From: an uncultured delta proteobacterium
GTDB taxonomy: Bacteria > Myxococcota > UBA727 > VGSZ01
Direction of reading: 5' to 3'
Length of the DNA stretch: 64,000 nucleotides
Assembly (NCBI GenBank): GCA_963775425.1
Contig: CAVZJB010000005.1
Coordinates: 288,001 to 352,000 of the forward strand
In this document: positions 11,330-21,962 of the stretch, in pieces
Numbering within the stretch: the first letter of the stretch is position 1
Layout of the letters: the number at the start of each line of letters is the position of its first letter
The notes under the pieces: generated by a model
Databases searched by the model: none
What the model was told of the DNA's origin: nothing
What the model saw: only the letters and a program-made list of their open reading frames with translations
Translations under genes and position numbers: made by a program

Positions 11330-14300
11330 ATGACGCAGGCACTCGAAGCGTTCCAGGAGGCCCTCGCGGGCGGCGCTGACGACGACGCGCTCGACGTCGC
11401 CGCGGAAGACGTGCGGCGCGACAGCGGCGCGGCCGCGCTCGTGGAGGCGCTCAAGATGCGGATCGCGCACGAGGCCGGCCGCGGCAAGACCGACCTCGAG
11501 CTCACGGCGCTGCGCTACCGCCTCGCCGGCGCGCTCGAGGACGTGGCCAAGGGAGCGAGCCCCGCAGAGCCCACCGCCAAGGACGCGGCCAAGGCCGCCC
11601 TCGAGGCGGCGGAGCTGCAAAGGGGCGTCCTCCACGACGAGGACGGCGCCAAGCGCAATTTCGTGAACGCCCTGCGCCTCGCCGCCAACGACGACGCCAC
11701 GCTGCGGCACGCCGTCGAGGTCGCGGGGGGACGCGACGCCGCCGAGGGCGTCGTCGAGAAGGCCCTGAAGCGCCCCGAGGTGAAGGCCGACGCGCCGCAG
11801 ACGGCGCTGCTGCGCCGTGCGCTCGCGCGCATCGCCGAGACCCACGGCGACACCGAGCGCGCCTTCTTCGAGGCCATGAAGGCGGCGCGCAAGAACCCGT
11901 CGGACGGCATGTTCGTCGACGAGGTGTTCCGGCTCGCGCTCGAGACCACGCGCTTCACCGAGGCCGGAGCGTTCTTCGGCGCCCTCGCCGATGACGAGAG
12001 CCTCGCCGCGCGCCAGCGGGCCTCGCTCTACAACAAGCTCGGGCAGACGCTCGAGAGGGCCGGCGGAGAGAGCGCCAAGGCGCTCGAGGCCTACACCAAA
12101 TCGCTCGCGCAGCACGAGACCAAGGCCGCCAAGCGCGCGGTGGAGCGGCTGTCGGCGGACGTCGGCGTCGAGTCGCCGCAGGCGCCCATCGAGCCGCAGG
12201 AGCCCGTCGAGGTCACGCCGCCGTTCGACCACAAGACCGGCTCCGTGACGCAGGAGGCCGCGCTGCCCGATCGCGCGCAGGCGCCCGCCGAGGTCACCAT
12301 CCCGCGCTACCCGATGAGCATGCGCACCGCGGAGCTCGAGGACGCGGTGCCGCCGCCGGACTCCCAGGGCCCCGGCGCGGCGCCCGTCGACGAGGCGCCC
12401 GTCGAGCGGCAGGCCAACGACACCACCGCGCCGACGCCGACCGCGCCGCGGCCGATCTCGGTGCCGCCGACGCCGTCGGAGACGGGAGCGGCGCACAGCG
12501 TGGCGTCGCAGCCGCCAATGTCGCAGGAGCCGGGCTTCTCCATCGCGAACCTGCCGAGCTTCGACGACGAGCCTGCGCTCACGCCGAGCCACACGGTGAC
12601 GCCGTTTTCGCCCGTGGAGCGCGTGGAGGTCCCCTCGTTCGACGCGCCCGTCGTCGAGGCGCCGTGGAGCGCGAAGGAGTCGTCGCCGTTTTCGATGCCG
12701 CCGGTGGAGGGCGGGCTCAGGGACCGCGCGGAGCCGCCCGAGGAGCCCACCAACCGCGCGGCGCTCGCGGCCGTCACCGCCGTGAACAGCAGCGAGGGCA
12801 CCGCCGAGCACCCGTCGGGCAAGCGCAAGCCGAGCAAGGACAAGAAGCGCAAGAAGCGCGGGAAGAAGAAGACCACTGCGCAAAAGGCGGCCGCGCCCCG
12901 GGCGCCCGCGCAGGACGCGTCCGGCGGCGAGCTCTCGCAGGTCGACGGCGCGGCGATGCCCCCGCCCGATGGCTCGCCGGTCGCGCCGCCGGCGGAGATC
13001 CCGGCGCCTCGCTGCCCGGCGTCGACGACGTCAGCGAGTCGGGGCCCCACTATCGCCCCGCCATGATCCCCGCGGCGCGCGCGCCGGGCGAGGAGGATGG
13101 CCTCGCCGACACTGACCACGGCTCGCGCCAATCGTTCGCCGACACCGTGGCCGGCGGACCCTTCGCGCCCGGCGCGGACACCGTGCGCGGCGTCGAGCCG
13201 CCGCCGATGCCCGACGACGACGACGACGAGCCGATGTTGCCGCCCGACGTGCGCGCCGAGGAGCTCGCCGCCGAGGAGGTCGCCGCCGCCGACGTCGTGG
13301 CCGAGGACGTCGTCGCCGAGGCGCGAGCGGAGAGCGCCGCGCGCGACACCGGCCGCGCCGCGCATCACTCGCTCGAGCCCGTCAGCACCCCCGACGACGT
13401 CGAGCACACGCCGCCGTCGCCCAAGCAGCACACGCTGTCACCGCCGCCGGGCGAGTCCACGGATCGTGCGGCGTCGCCCGCGGTCACCGTCGAGGCGTTC
13501 CCGCCGCTCGTCGTTCCGCCCATGACCGTGCCGAGCATGGAGGCGTCCGACGCGCTCACGCGCGTGCTCGCCGCCCTCGACGGCGACGACGCCGACGAGT
13601 GCGCCCGCGCGGCCGTCGGCCTCCTGGCCGAGGCGCCGACGGACCCGCGCGTCGTTCGCGTGGCCGCGCGCGCCATGCTCCTGAGCGCCGAGACCGGACA
13701 GATGCCGGTCGCCGCCGTCGACCTCTTCGTCAGCCAGGCGCCCAAGCACGGCGACCGCGCCGCGGCCATGGCGCTCGAGATCCTCGACAAGGTGCCGGTG
13801 GCCACCCGGCGCGCCTACACCCACGTGTGGCTCGCCGGCGCCCGCGCCGCCGGCCTCGACGTCGCCCGCGTCATGGACCTGCTGCGCGCCGTGGCCATCG
13901 AGGACGCGCCCGCCGGCCCCGCCTTCGAGCACGCCGAGCGCGTGCTCATCGAGGTCAACGACGGCGAGGCCCGCGACGCGCTCTACCAGGCCGCGCTGCG
14001 CGCCGCCGCATCGGACGCCGCGCGCGTCGAGCTCACCAAGCGCCGCGTGGGGCTCCTCGAAAACCTCTCGCGCTTCGCGGAGGCGCTCGGTCTGCACGCG
14101 CAGCTCGCGGTCGAGCTCGACAGCGGCGACGTCGCCGTCAGGAACGCCGCCCGCCGCGCCTACGCGCAGCACGGCACGCCCGACGAGCGGGCGCGCTTCC
14201 TGTCGCGCCTGGCGCGCAAGCTCCCCGGCGACGAGGGCGTCGAGGTGGTCCAGGAGCTCCTCGACGTGCGCATGAGCGTCGACGATCGCATCGGCGCCGA

Positions 14301-17300
14301 GGCCGCGGCCAAGGACCTCCTCGAGCGCCGCCCCGGCGACGCCCGGGGCAGCCGCGTGCTCGCCGATCTGCTCGCCGAGGAGCCGCACCGCGTCGACGAG
14401 CTCGTCGACGTCCTCCGCGTCGGGGCGCAGCAGGCGCTGTCGTGGTTCGGCAAGACCGCCGAGGCGCGCGCGCTGCTCGAGAAGCTCGCCGAGGTGCAGC
14501 GGAAGGCGGGCCGCCCCGAGGAGGCGGCGGACGCGCTCGTGCAGGTGGCGCGCCTCGTCCCCGACGACGACAACCTCGACCGCGCCCTCGCCGCCCTCGA
14601 CGACGTCAAGCGGCACAAGGAGGCGGTGGCGCTCCTCGAGGAGACCGCCGCCGCCGTCGCCGACGCGGGCTTCCGCTGCCGCGCGCTCCTGCGCGCCGCC
14701 GAGATCGCGCGCACCAAGCTGCAGAAGCGCGGCAAGGCGCGCGAGCTCATCGAGCGCGCGCTCGATCTGGAGCCGCGGGATCGGCCGGCGCTGCGCGCGT
14801 ACGCCGATCTGCTCGTCGAGATCGGTGACGCGCCCGCGGCCATCAACGCCCTCGAGCGCGTCGCCGCCGAGGAGCCCGCGTCCGGTCCGGGCGGGCGCGA
14901 GCGGGCGGCGCTGCAGTTGCGCATCGGCAGGCTCATCGAGGAGCACCTGCTCAAGCCCGACGAGGCCCTCAAGCGCTACCGCGCCGCGGCGGAGATGGAC
15001 GCGCAGAACCAGGACGCGTGGAACGCCATCCGCGCCATCGCCCGCCAGGGCGGCGACCGCGGCCTCCTCGTCGAGAGCCTGCGCGGGCTCGCCGGCGCCG
15101 AGCCCGATCCCAAGGAGAAGGCGGCGCTGTGGCGGCAGATCGCCAAGGTCGAGCGCGACGAGCGCGCGGACACCGACGCCGCCGAGCGCGCCTTCGTCGA
15201 GGCGCTCGCCCTCGACCCGAGCGACGTCGAGTCGCTCTTGAGCCTCGCGGCGCTCCAGGCCACGCGGCTGCAGCCGGACACCGACCTCGACGTCGCGCTC
15301 GCGCAGCCCAACGAGGCGCTCCTGGCCGCGCTGCGCGAGCACGTGCTCGCGGCGCCGACGCCGTCGGAGCTGCCGCTGTCCATGCGGCGCATCGCGGCCA
15401 TGGCGTTGTCACGCTCGGGCGATCGCGCGCCGGCGCTCACCCGCTTCGAGGAGATCCTCGAGGAGACGCCCGAGGACCTGCCGACGCTGATGGCGTTCGC
15501 GCGGCACCTGGCGGCCGCGCCGCGGGGCGAGACCGGCGCGGACCAGAAGCGGCTGCGCTGCCTCGAGACCATCCTGCTCCACCACGCGTACTCGCTGAAG
15601 CCGCTCGTGCAGGTGGACGTCTGGGGCGAGGTCACCGCGCTGCGCGCCGCCACCGGCGACGGCGGCGGCGCGCGCAAGGCGGCCAAGAAGGTGATGGCGC
15701 TCGCCGCCACCGACGAGCTCAAGGCGTGCCTCTCGGATCGCGCGGTCCGCGCGCTGGCCCTCGCGCTCGACGATGCGCGCGACACCGAGCGCGACCCCAA
15801 GTGCATCATCGCGGCGCTGCGCCTCGACGCCGAGCGCAGCGTGGTGGAGGCCGAGCGTGGGCGCTTGCTCGAGCGCGCCGCCGCCGTCGCCTACGACGAG
15901 CTGAAGGATCGGGTGATGGCGCGCGCCCTCCTCGAGGACGCCGTGCGCGCCAACCCCTCGTCGCCGACGGCGCGCGAGGCGCTGCTCGACCTCGACCTGC
16001 AAAGCGGTGACGTCGCCGGCGTGCTCAAGCAGGTGCGCGACCTGCTCGCCAAGGAGACGGATCAAAAGAGGAAGGCCGCGCTGCACCTGCGGCTGTTCCG
16101 CATGCGCAGGAAGCTCGGCCTCGACATCGAGGGCGCCGCCTCCGAGCTCAAGCACGCCGTCGAGCTCGACTCCGCCAACGCCGAGGTGCTCGACGCTGCC
16201 GAGCAATTCTTCACGGAGCGCAACGACACCGACGGTCTCGACCGCCTGTGGTCCGCGCAGCTCAGGAACCTCGACCGCGACGACGCGCGCGCGCGCCTGA
16301 AGCTCCTCGAGCGCCTCGCGCAGCTCCGCCGCTACGAGCGGCGCGATCTCACGGGCGCGGTCGAGGCGCTCGAGGCCATGACCGCCCTCGACCCCGAGGC
16401 GCTCAAGCCGCGCGAGGACGCCGCCCGCCTGTACACCGAGCTCGGGCTCGCGCGCGAAGCGGTGTCGGCGTGGCGCGGGGTGCTCGAGCGCGATCCGCTG
16501 GCGGTGGAGGCGTGGCGTGGGATCTTCGAGCGGTTCGCCGCCACCCGCCAGGGCGACGACGCGTTCGCCGTGGCGTCGACCATGCTCGCGCTCGACCTCG
16601 CCGACGACGACATGGCCCGCGCGGTGCGCACCATCCGCCCGCCCTTTCCCCGCTGGCCCATCCCGCCCAAGGACCCGCTCCTGTTCCGGCGCAAGGTGGC
16701 GCACCCGCTCGAGCGCGCGCCGCTGCGCGCGGTCCTCGACGTCGTGGCGCCGCGCTTGCTGCCCCTGTACGCGCGCCGCTTGAAGGACTTCGGCTTCCAC
16801 AAGCGTGACGCCCTCCCCGACAAGAACGTGCCGACGTCCGTGTTGCTCGCGGTGCGCACGCTCGCGCAGCTCCTCGGCTTGCGGGAGCCGCCGCCGCTGT
16901 TTTCGGCGGAGCTCGGGAGCACGGAGGGGCAGAGCCCGCCGTTCGCGGTGCTGCCGTCAGCGGAGCCGGGCATCATCGTCACCAGCGAGGTGCTCAAGGG
17001 CGGCATGACGCCCGAGCGCGCGTTTGCGCTCGGGCGCGCGGCGACGTGGCTTCAGCCCCACGCCGTGATGGCTGCCGCCGTCGACGCGGCCACGCTGCGC
17101 TCCATCCTCGAGGGGCTCGTCGCCTCGTTCCTCGGGACAAAGAGCCTCGAGCGGCCCGACCTCGACGTCGAGAAGCTCGGCAAGGAGCTCGGGCACACGC
17201 TCATGCGCGGGGCGTCGTCGTCGGACGAGGCCGTCATCAAGGGCGAGCTATTGCCGGCGCTGCGCGACTACGTCCATGCGCGCCAGCAGGTGACCGTCGC

Positions 17301-17541
17301 CGACTGGCGCGCCGGCGTCGGCTATACCGGCGATCGCGTCGGCTATCTGTTGTCGACGGATCTGAACGCGGCCTTCCGTCTGATCAAGGCGACGGCGGGC
17401 GCGGGGCAATCCATCAGCGCGCGCCTGGCCATCAAGGAGCTCGTGCTGTTCTCGGTGTCCGCCGGCTACCTCGCGCTGCGCAAGGACCTCGGGCTCGCGC
17501 TGCCCGAGCTGGCCGCCGCCCCGCTGCTCGAGCTCGCCTGA
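11330..17541 (+). CDS. giant TPR-repeat protein (myxobacterial gliding-motility-like), interrupted by a probable frameshift near 13007; alternatively two genes 11330-13066 and 13063-17541
   Basis: helical TPR-like repeats throughout; Pro/Glu-rich linker; GC3 bias switches frame at ...ccg gcg cc tcg ctg ccc ggc...; C-terminal ...DRVGYLLSTDL...LVLFSVS.GYLALRKDLG domain. Confidence 0.75.
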
Positions 17542-17634
17542 GCCCTCCCGCTCGTCGTCGCCGTGCCGCGCGGACGTGCGGCGGCGTTTGCCGTCGTCGA
17601 GGAGTCGCTACCTCGTGACCCAAGGAGGTGGGCG

Positions 17635-18586
17635 ATGCAGACGATTCCCCAGACCATGAAGGCGGCGGCGGCGAACAAGAAGGGTGAGCCCGAGGTCATC
17701 CACAAGGAGACGCTCCCGGTGCCGAAGCCGGCGCCCGGCGAAGTGCTCGTGCGCGTGGAGGCCGCCGGCGTCGGCGTCTGGGAGCCCGCGCTCGTGCGGG
17801 GCGCGTTCAACGACGGCCAGCGGCGCCGCTTCCCACGTGTGTACGGCGCCGACGGCGCCGGCGAGGTCGTCGGCGTGGGCTCGCGCGTGAAGACGATCCG
17901 CCCCGGGGATCGCGTCTACGGCTACGGCTTCGGCAACAAGAAGGGCGGCTTCTTCGCCGAGTACATCGCCGTGCCCGAGGAGAACCTCGCGCTCATCCCG
18001 GGCGCGTTGACGTTCGAGGAGGCGGGGGCGCTCGCCGTCAGCGGGCTCACCGCCCTCGAGGGGCTCGACGGCCTCGGCCTCGAAAAGGGCGACACGGTCG
18101 TCATCACCGGCGCCAGCGGCGGCGTCGGCCACATCGCGGTGCAGCTCGCCAAGCGCATGGACTGCCACGTCTTCGCGGTCGCCTCGGGCAAGGACGGCGT
18201 CGCGCTCGCAAAGAAGGTCGGCGCCGACGCCGCCGTCGACGGAAAGACCGCCGACGTCGCCGCCGCCGCGCGCGCGTTCGCTCCGGAGGGCTTCGACGGC
18301 GCGCTCGTGCTCGCCGGTGAAGGCTGGGCGGACCTCATCAAGCTCGTGCACGGGCGCGTCGCGCACCCCAACGGCGCGCCCGTGCCGAAGGGCACCCGGA
18401 AGGCGCGCGTGAAGGCCTACGACGGCGTCCCCGATCCCAAGGTGTTCGCGCGCCTGAGCGATTCTCGTCGGCGCCGGGCCCTTCCACGTCGAGGTCAGCC
18501 ACACCTATCGGCTCGAGGACACCTCGCAGGCGCTGCGCGACGTCGAGAGCCACCATGTCGGCAAGCTCGCGATCCGCGTGCATTGA
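17635..18586 (+). CDS. NADP-dependent oxidoreductase (MDR/quinone-oxidoreductase family) with a +1 frameshift at ~18463
   Basis: AGGAGG RBS; GEVLVRVEAAGV, GADGAGEVV and ITGASGGVG; the family C-terminus (LVGAGPFHVEVSHTYRLEDTSQALRDVESHHVGKLAIRVH*) lies in the next frame. Confidence 0.85.
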
Positions 18587-18711
18587 CCTCCGCGCGCGCC
18601 ACGGCGGGAGGAGCTGTTCGGGGGCGGGCGAGACGTCACGGGACTGCGAGCGCGGGCTTCTGTCCCGAAGCCTTCTGCACCGATCAGGTGTGCGTGCCGT
18701 TGTGCCCCGGG

Positions 18712-19104
18712 TCAGCGGATGAGGCGCGGCGCGCGGTTTGTGTCGGGGTGCTGCAGCCAGAGGGTCCCGACGTTCGTGTCGAGGCCGAAGGCGATGCCGA
18801 ATTTCACGAGCGCCGCCACGTCGAGCCGGCCGAGGGCGAGGCCGAGGTGGTGGTGGTCGACGATGCGGCCGCGGTCGCCGAAGTCGCTGCCGACGTAGCC
18901 GAGCTCGCGGCGGGTCCAGGCGACACTGCCGTCGCCGTTGCGGCTCGGCACCAGGGCGAAGGCGCGCTCATAGCCGTCGAAGCCGGGCGCCTGGTCGCGG
19001 ACCTGCTTGTCGTCGACGTCGATCTCGAGGACGAGCTTGCTGAGGGAGCCGCTGATGTCGGCGCGAACGGCGGGGTGGCGCTGCTGGAGGCTGAGGACCG
19101 TCAT
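18712..19104 (-). CDS. hypothetical protein
   Basis: GC3-biased ORF of ~130 aa; no recognisable motif; start could be 19122. Confidence 0.6.
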   Translation of the reverse strand: MTVLSLQQRHPAVRADISGSLSKLVLEIDVDDKQVRDQAPGFDGYERAFALVPSRNGDGSVAWTRRELGYVGSDFGDRGRIVDHHHLGLALGRLDVAALVKFGIAFGLDTNVGTLWLQHPDTNRAPRLIR

Positions 19105-19146
19105 GGAGGGTGTATCGTACACCTGCCCACATCCGTTGCGTGAGCA

Positions 19147-19182
19147 GATCAGCGACCGGAGGGAGCGGCGGCCGCGCTGATC
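19147..19182. repeat. REP-like palindromic element (GATCAGCG-N20-CGCTGATC)
   Basis: self-complementary ends; core GATCRGCGACCGGAGGGAGCGGC recurs at 29428-29454(-), 31866-31887(-), 47183-47210(+) and 55017-55079(+, two copies). Confidence 0.7.
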
Positions 19183-19210
19183 AGCCGGCTCAGGACCGTC
19201 CGTGCGCGCG

Positions 19211-21031
19211 TCAGAGGCGGCGGCGGCGGCGCAGCGCGAGGATGCCGAGCAGCGCGAAGGCGCTCGGGACGCTCGACGCCGCGCAGCCCGCGGCCGGGGC
19301 GGGCTTCGGCACCTTGCAGCGCACCGAGAGCGTGACTTCGCCGCCGTTGGCCGAGGCCGGCTGGTAGCCGACGGTCAGCGGGGTGTCCGTGGCGGTGAGG
19401 GAGAACGCCTCGGTGCCGTGAGCGACGATGGCCTTGCCGTCGGTGGCGAGGAGGTCGCCCGCCGGCGCGTTCTTGGTGGAGACGCTCACGCGCGCCCCCT
19501 TGGGGGTGTCGAGCGTGAACCACGCCGCGCTCGCGCCGTCGACGGTGACGTCGTCGCCGCAGCCGAGCTTCTTCGGGTGGTCGAAGCTCTCGTTGCCCGG
19601 CAGCACGGGGGCCGCCACGCCGTCCGCCACGGAGACCGTGAAGACGTCGGTGGTGGTGACGTTTCCGACGACGTCGGTGGCGCGCAACTGGAAGGTGCGG
19701 TCCGCGGCGCGGCGGGTCTGCACGGTCCAGCGGTAGGTGTTGCCGTCGACGACGCAGCTCTGGCGGCCGTTGTCGAACGGGCAGGGCAGCCAGTTGTCGC
19801 CGCCGCGGAACGTCCAGTTCAGCTCGGCGCTGGCGACGCCGTTGTCGTCGAGCATGGTGGCCACGATCTCGAACGGCGTCGACGTCGGGAGCTGCGCCCC
19901 CGGCAGCGGCGCGTCGAGGACGATGGTGGGGTTCGTGTGATCCTCCGGCGGCCCGCTCCCGTCCGGCGAGAGCCACACGGTGGCGTCGGGCGTGACGACG
20001 TCGTTGCCGGCCACGTCGCGCACATGCACGCGGAAGGTGCGGCTGCCGATGCCCGCGGGGATGGTCCAGGTGGCGACGTCGCCGTCGCGGGTGCAGGTGT
20101 AGCTGTCGCGCGCGTCGGCGGCGGGCGGGCAGAAGAGGAAGTCGCCGGTGAAGTCCCACTCGAGCTCGACGAGGGTGAGGCCGGCGTCGTCGTGGACGTT
20201 GGCGGTGATCACGAGCGGGTCGGCGGCGGGCAGGATGTCCCCGTCGGCGGGCGCCGTGAGCGTGGCCGTGGGCGGCGCGTTGTCGACGGGCGGGGTCCAC
20301 ACGGTGCCGTCGGCCGGTCCGAAGAGGTTGAGCATGGCGTCGACGCTGTTCTGCGTGGGATCGCCGCAGGTGCACTCGCGCGCCTCGAACTCGCCGCAGG
20401 GCACGTACTGGTCCTGGAACGTCTTGGGGCCGCAGCCGGTGAGGTAGGTCATCGGGTCTTCGCAGAGCAGCTCGTGGTCGAGGCCGAACGCGTGCGCGAC
20501 CTCTTGTCCCGCCGTCTCACACACCGACTGCAGATCGTTGCCCCACACGTCGGAGAAGTCGTAGACGATGGCGCCCGGCTCGAGGGCGCAGGAAAACGGC
20601 GCGACGCCGGCGACGCCGTTGGGCTCGCCGGTCTGTCCGGGGCTCCCGCCGATGACGGCCTCGATGTACGTGGCGTCGAGCGGCTGCACGTCGGTGACGG
20701 TGATGCGGAAGCGCGAGTACAGGTCCGTGATGCAGCCCATCACCGTCTGCCACTGCTGGTCCGAGCCCGCGAACGGCGTCACCGTGGCGACGCCGTTGTC
20801 GGCGCCGCACGCGATGGAGGAGCGGTTGTGCGTGGCGTCGTCGTTGCCGCACGTGAAGGTGCCGCCGTGGCGGTTCATGTAGAGGACCAGGGGATCGCCG
20901 GCCGCGTACAGGCGCGTGGGATCGGGCTCGACCCAGACGTACGTGGGCAGAGGGCGGTCGATCTTCGGCACCGGGGTCATCGCCGGGGTGGGGGCGAGGG
21001 CGGCGAGGGTGAGGCTGACGGCGATGAACAT
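19211..21031 (-). CDS. secreted metzincin-like protein with two Ig-like domains and a MYXO-CTERM sorting signal
   Basis: signal peptide; QEVAHAFGLDH plus Met-turn DPMTY; two D..P...L.AP..G...A...D..G Ig repeats; C-terminal GCAASS-TM-RRRRR. Confidence 0.8.
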   Translation of the reverse strand: MFIAVSLTLAALAPTPAMTPVPKIDRPLPTYVWVEPDPTRLYAAGDPLVLYMNRHGGTFTCGNDDATHNRSSIACGADNGVATVTPFAGSDQQWQTVMGCITDLYSRFRITVTDVQPLDATYIEAVIGGSPGQTGEPNGVAGVAPFSCALEPGAIVYDFSDVWGNDLQSVCETAGQEVAHAFGLDHELLCEDPMTYLTGCGPKTFQDQYVPCGEFEARECTCGDPTQNSVDAMLNLFGPADGTVWTPPVDNAPPTATLTAPADGDILPAADPLVITANVHDDAGLTLVELEWDFTGDFLFCPPAADARDSYTCTRDGDVATWTIPAGIGSRTFRVHVRDVAGNDVVTPDATVWLSPDGSGPPEDHTNPTIVLDAPLPGAQLPTSTPFEIVATMLDDNGVASAELNWTFRGGDNWLPCPFDNGRQSCVVDGNTYRWTVQTRRAADRTFQLRATDVVGNVTTTDVFTVSVADGVAAPVLPGNESFDHPKKLGCGDDVTVDGASAAWFTLDTPKGARVSVSTKNAPAGDLLATDGKAIVAHGTEAFSLTATDTPLTVGYQPASANGGEVTLSVRCKVPKPAPAAGCAASSVPSAFALLGILALRRRRRL

Positions 21032-21193
21032 GGGGGCCGGCTAGCACCGTTTCCGCGAGGTGAGGAGGGGCGTGAAAGCCGGCCAGCGTGATGTCAGCAC
21101 GCTCGGTGACACAACGGTAGAGCTTTGGTGATGGGCGCATGACCCAGCGCTCCACGGACCGCCGCTACGGTGGCGATCAGAAAGGAGGAACGC

Positions 21194-21400
21194 ATGCGCA
21201 CGTTCCGAACTGTCCTGATGGCACTGTTCGCGGTCGGCGGGCTCGCCTGTGCGACCACGAAGGAGAAGCAGGAGGCGCCACCGGCACCGACGCCGGAGGC
21301 GGCACCCGAGGAGACGACCCCGCCGGCCGACGAGCCGGCTCCGGCGGAGACGCCGCCGGCGGAGTCCCCGCCGGCCGAGGCGCCGCCCTCGACGCCGTAG
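21194..21400 (+). CDS. small Pro/Glu-rich lipoprotein
   Basis: AAGGAGG RBS; MRTFRTVLMALFAVGGLA|C lipobox; PAPAETPP low-complexity body. Confidence 0.75.
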   Translation: MRTFRTVLMALFAVGGLACATTKEKQEAPPAPTPEAAPEETTPPADEPAPAETPPAESPPAEAPPSTP

Positions 21401-21407
21401 GGGCGCG

Positions 21408-21451
21408 GCCGGCGCGGCGCACGCCCAGGCGGGCGCCGCGCCGGCTTTTTT
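21408..21451 (+). terminator. Rho-independent terminator
   Basis: 13-bp stem GCCGGCGCGGCGC/GCGCCGCGCCGGC followed by TTTTTT, just after the lipoprotein stop. Confidence 0.85.
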
Positions 21452-21466
21452 CAGTCACACGATCAG

Positions 21467-21909
21467 TCACACGATGGTGTCGACGAAGCCCACGCGGCAC
21501 GAGCCGACGCGCACGGTCACCGGGCCGTCGCCGTCGACGACAAACGAGGCGCGCTGCCGGGTGTTGGCCGCCGTGGTCGCCTGGTAGGGCCACGAGGGGG
21601 AGCCGCCGTACAGGCCGTGGCCCCAGCCGTCGAGGTGGCCGAGCACCTTCTTGTGCTCGTCGCGCGCGGCGCCGCCGCCGACCTCGACGGAGATGGGCTC
21701 GGAGAGCGCGAGCTTCTTCGCCGACGCCAGCCCGTGGGTGGCGAGGTAGCCGACGTTCTCGACGACGACCTCGACGCGCGACGTGCCCGGGCCGAGCTTC
21801 TGCTCTTGCCGATGGAGCGCAGGCGCACGACGTCGGGGTGGGCGTCGGCCCACGCGCGCAGGAGCGCCGTGAGCTGCGCGTAGTCGAGGTACTCGTCGCG
21901 GTGGCTCAT
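21467..21909 (-). pseudogene. M14 zinc carboxypeptidase remnant with a large internal deletion
   Basis: N-terminus MSHRDEYLDYAQLTALLRAWADAHPDVVRLRSIGKS is joined out of frame at ~21803 to a C-terminal domain (VEVVVENVGYLAT...LGHLDGWG...VRVGSCRVG); catalytic core absent. Confidence 0.75.
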
Positions 21910-21962
21910 GCGCGGGTGATGCCGCGTCCTCGCGGTGACGGCAACGTCCCGGACGCTGAACG

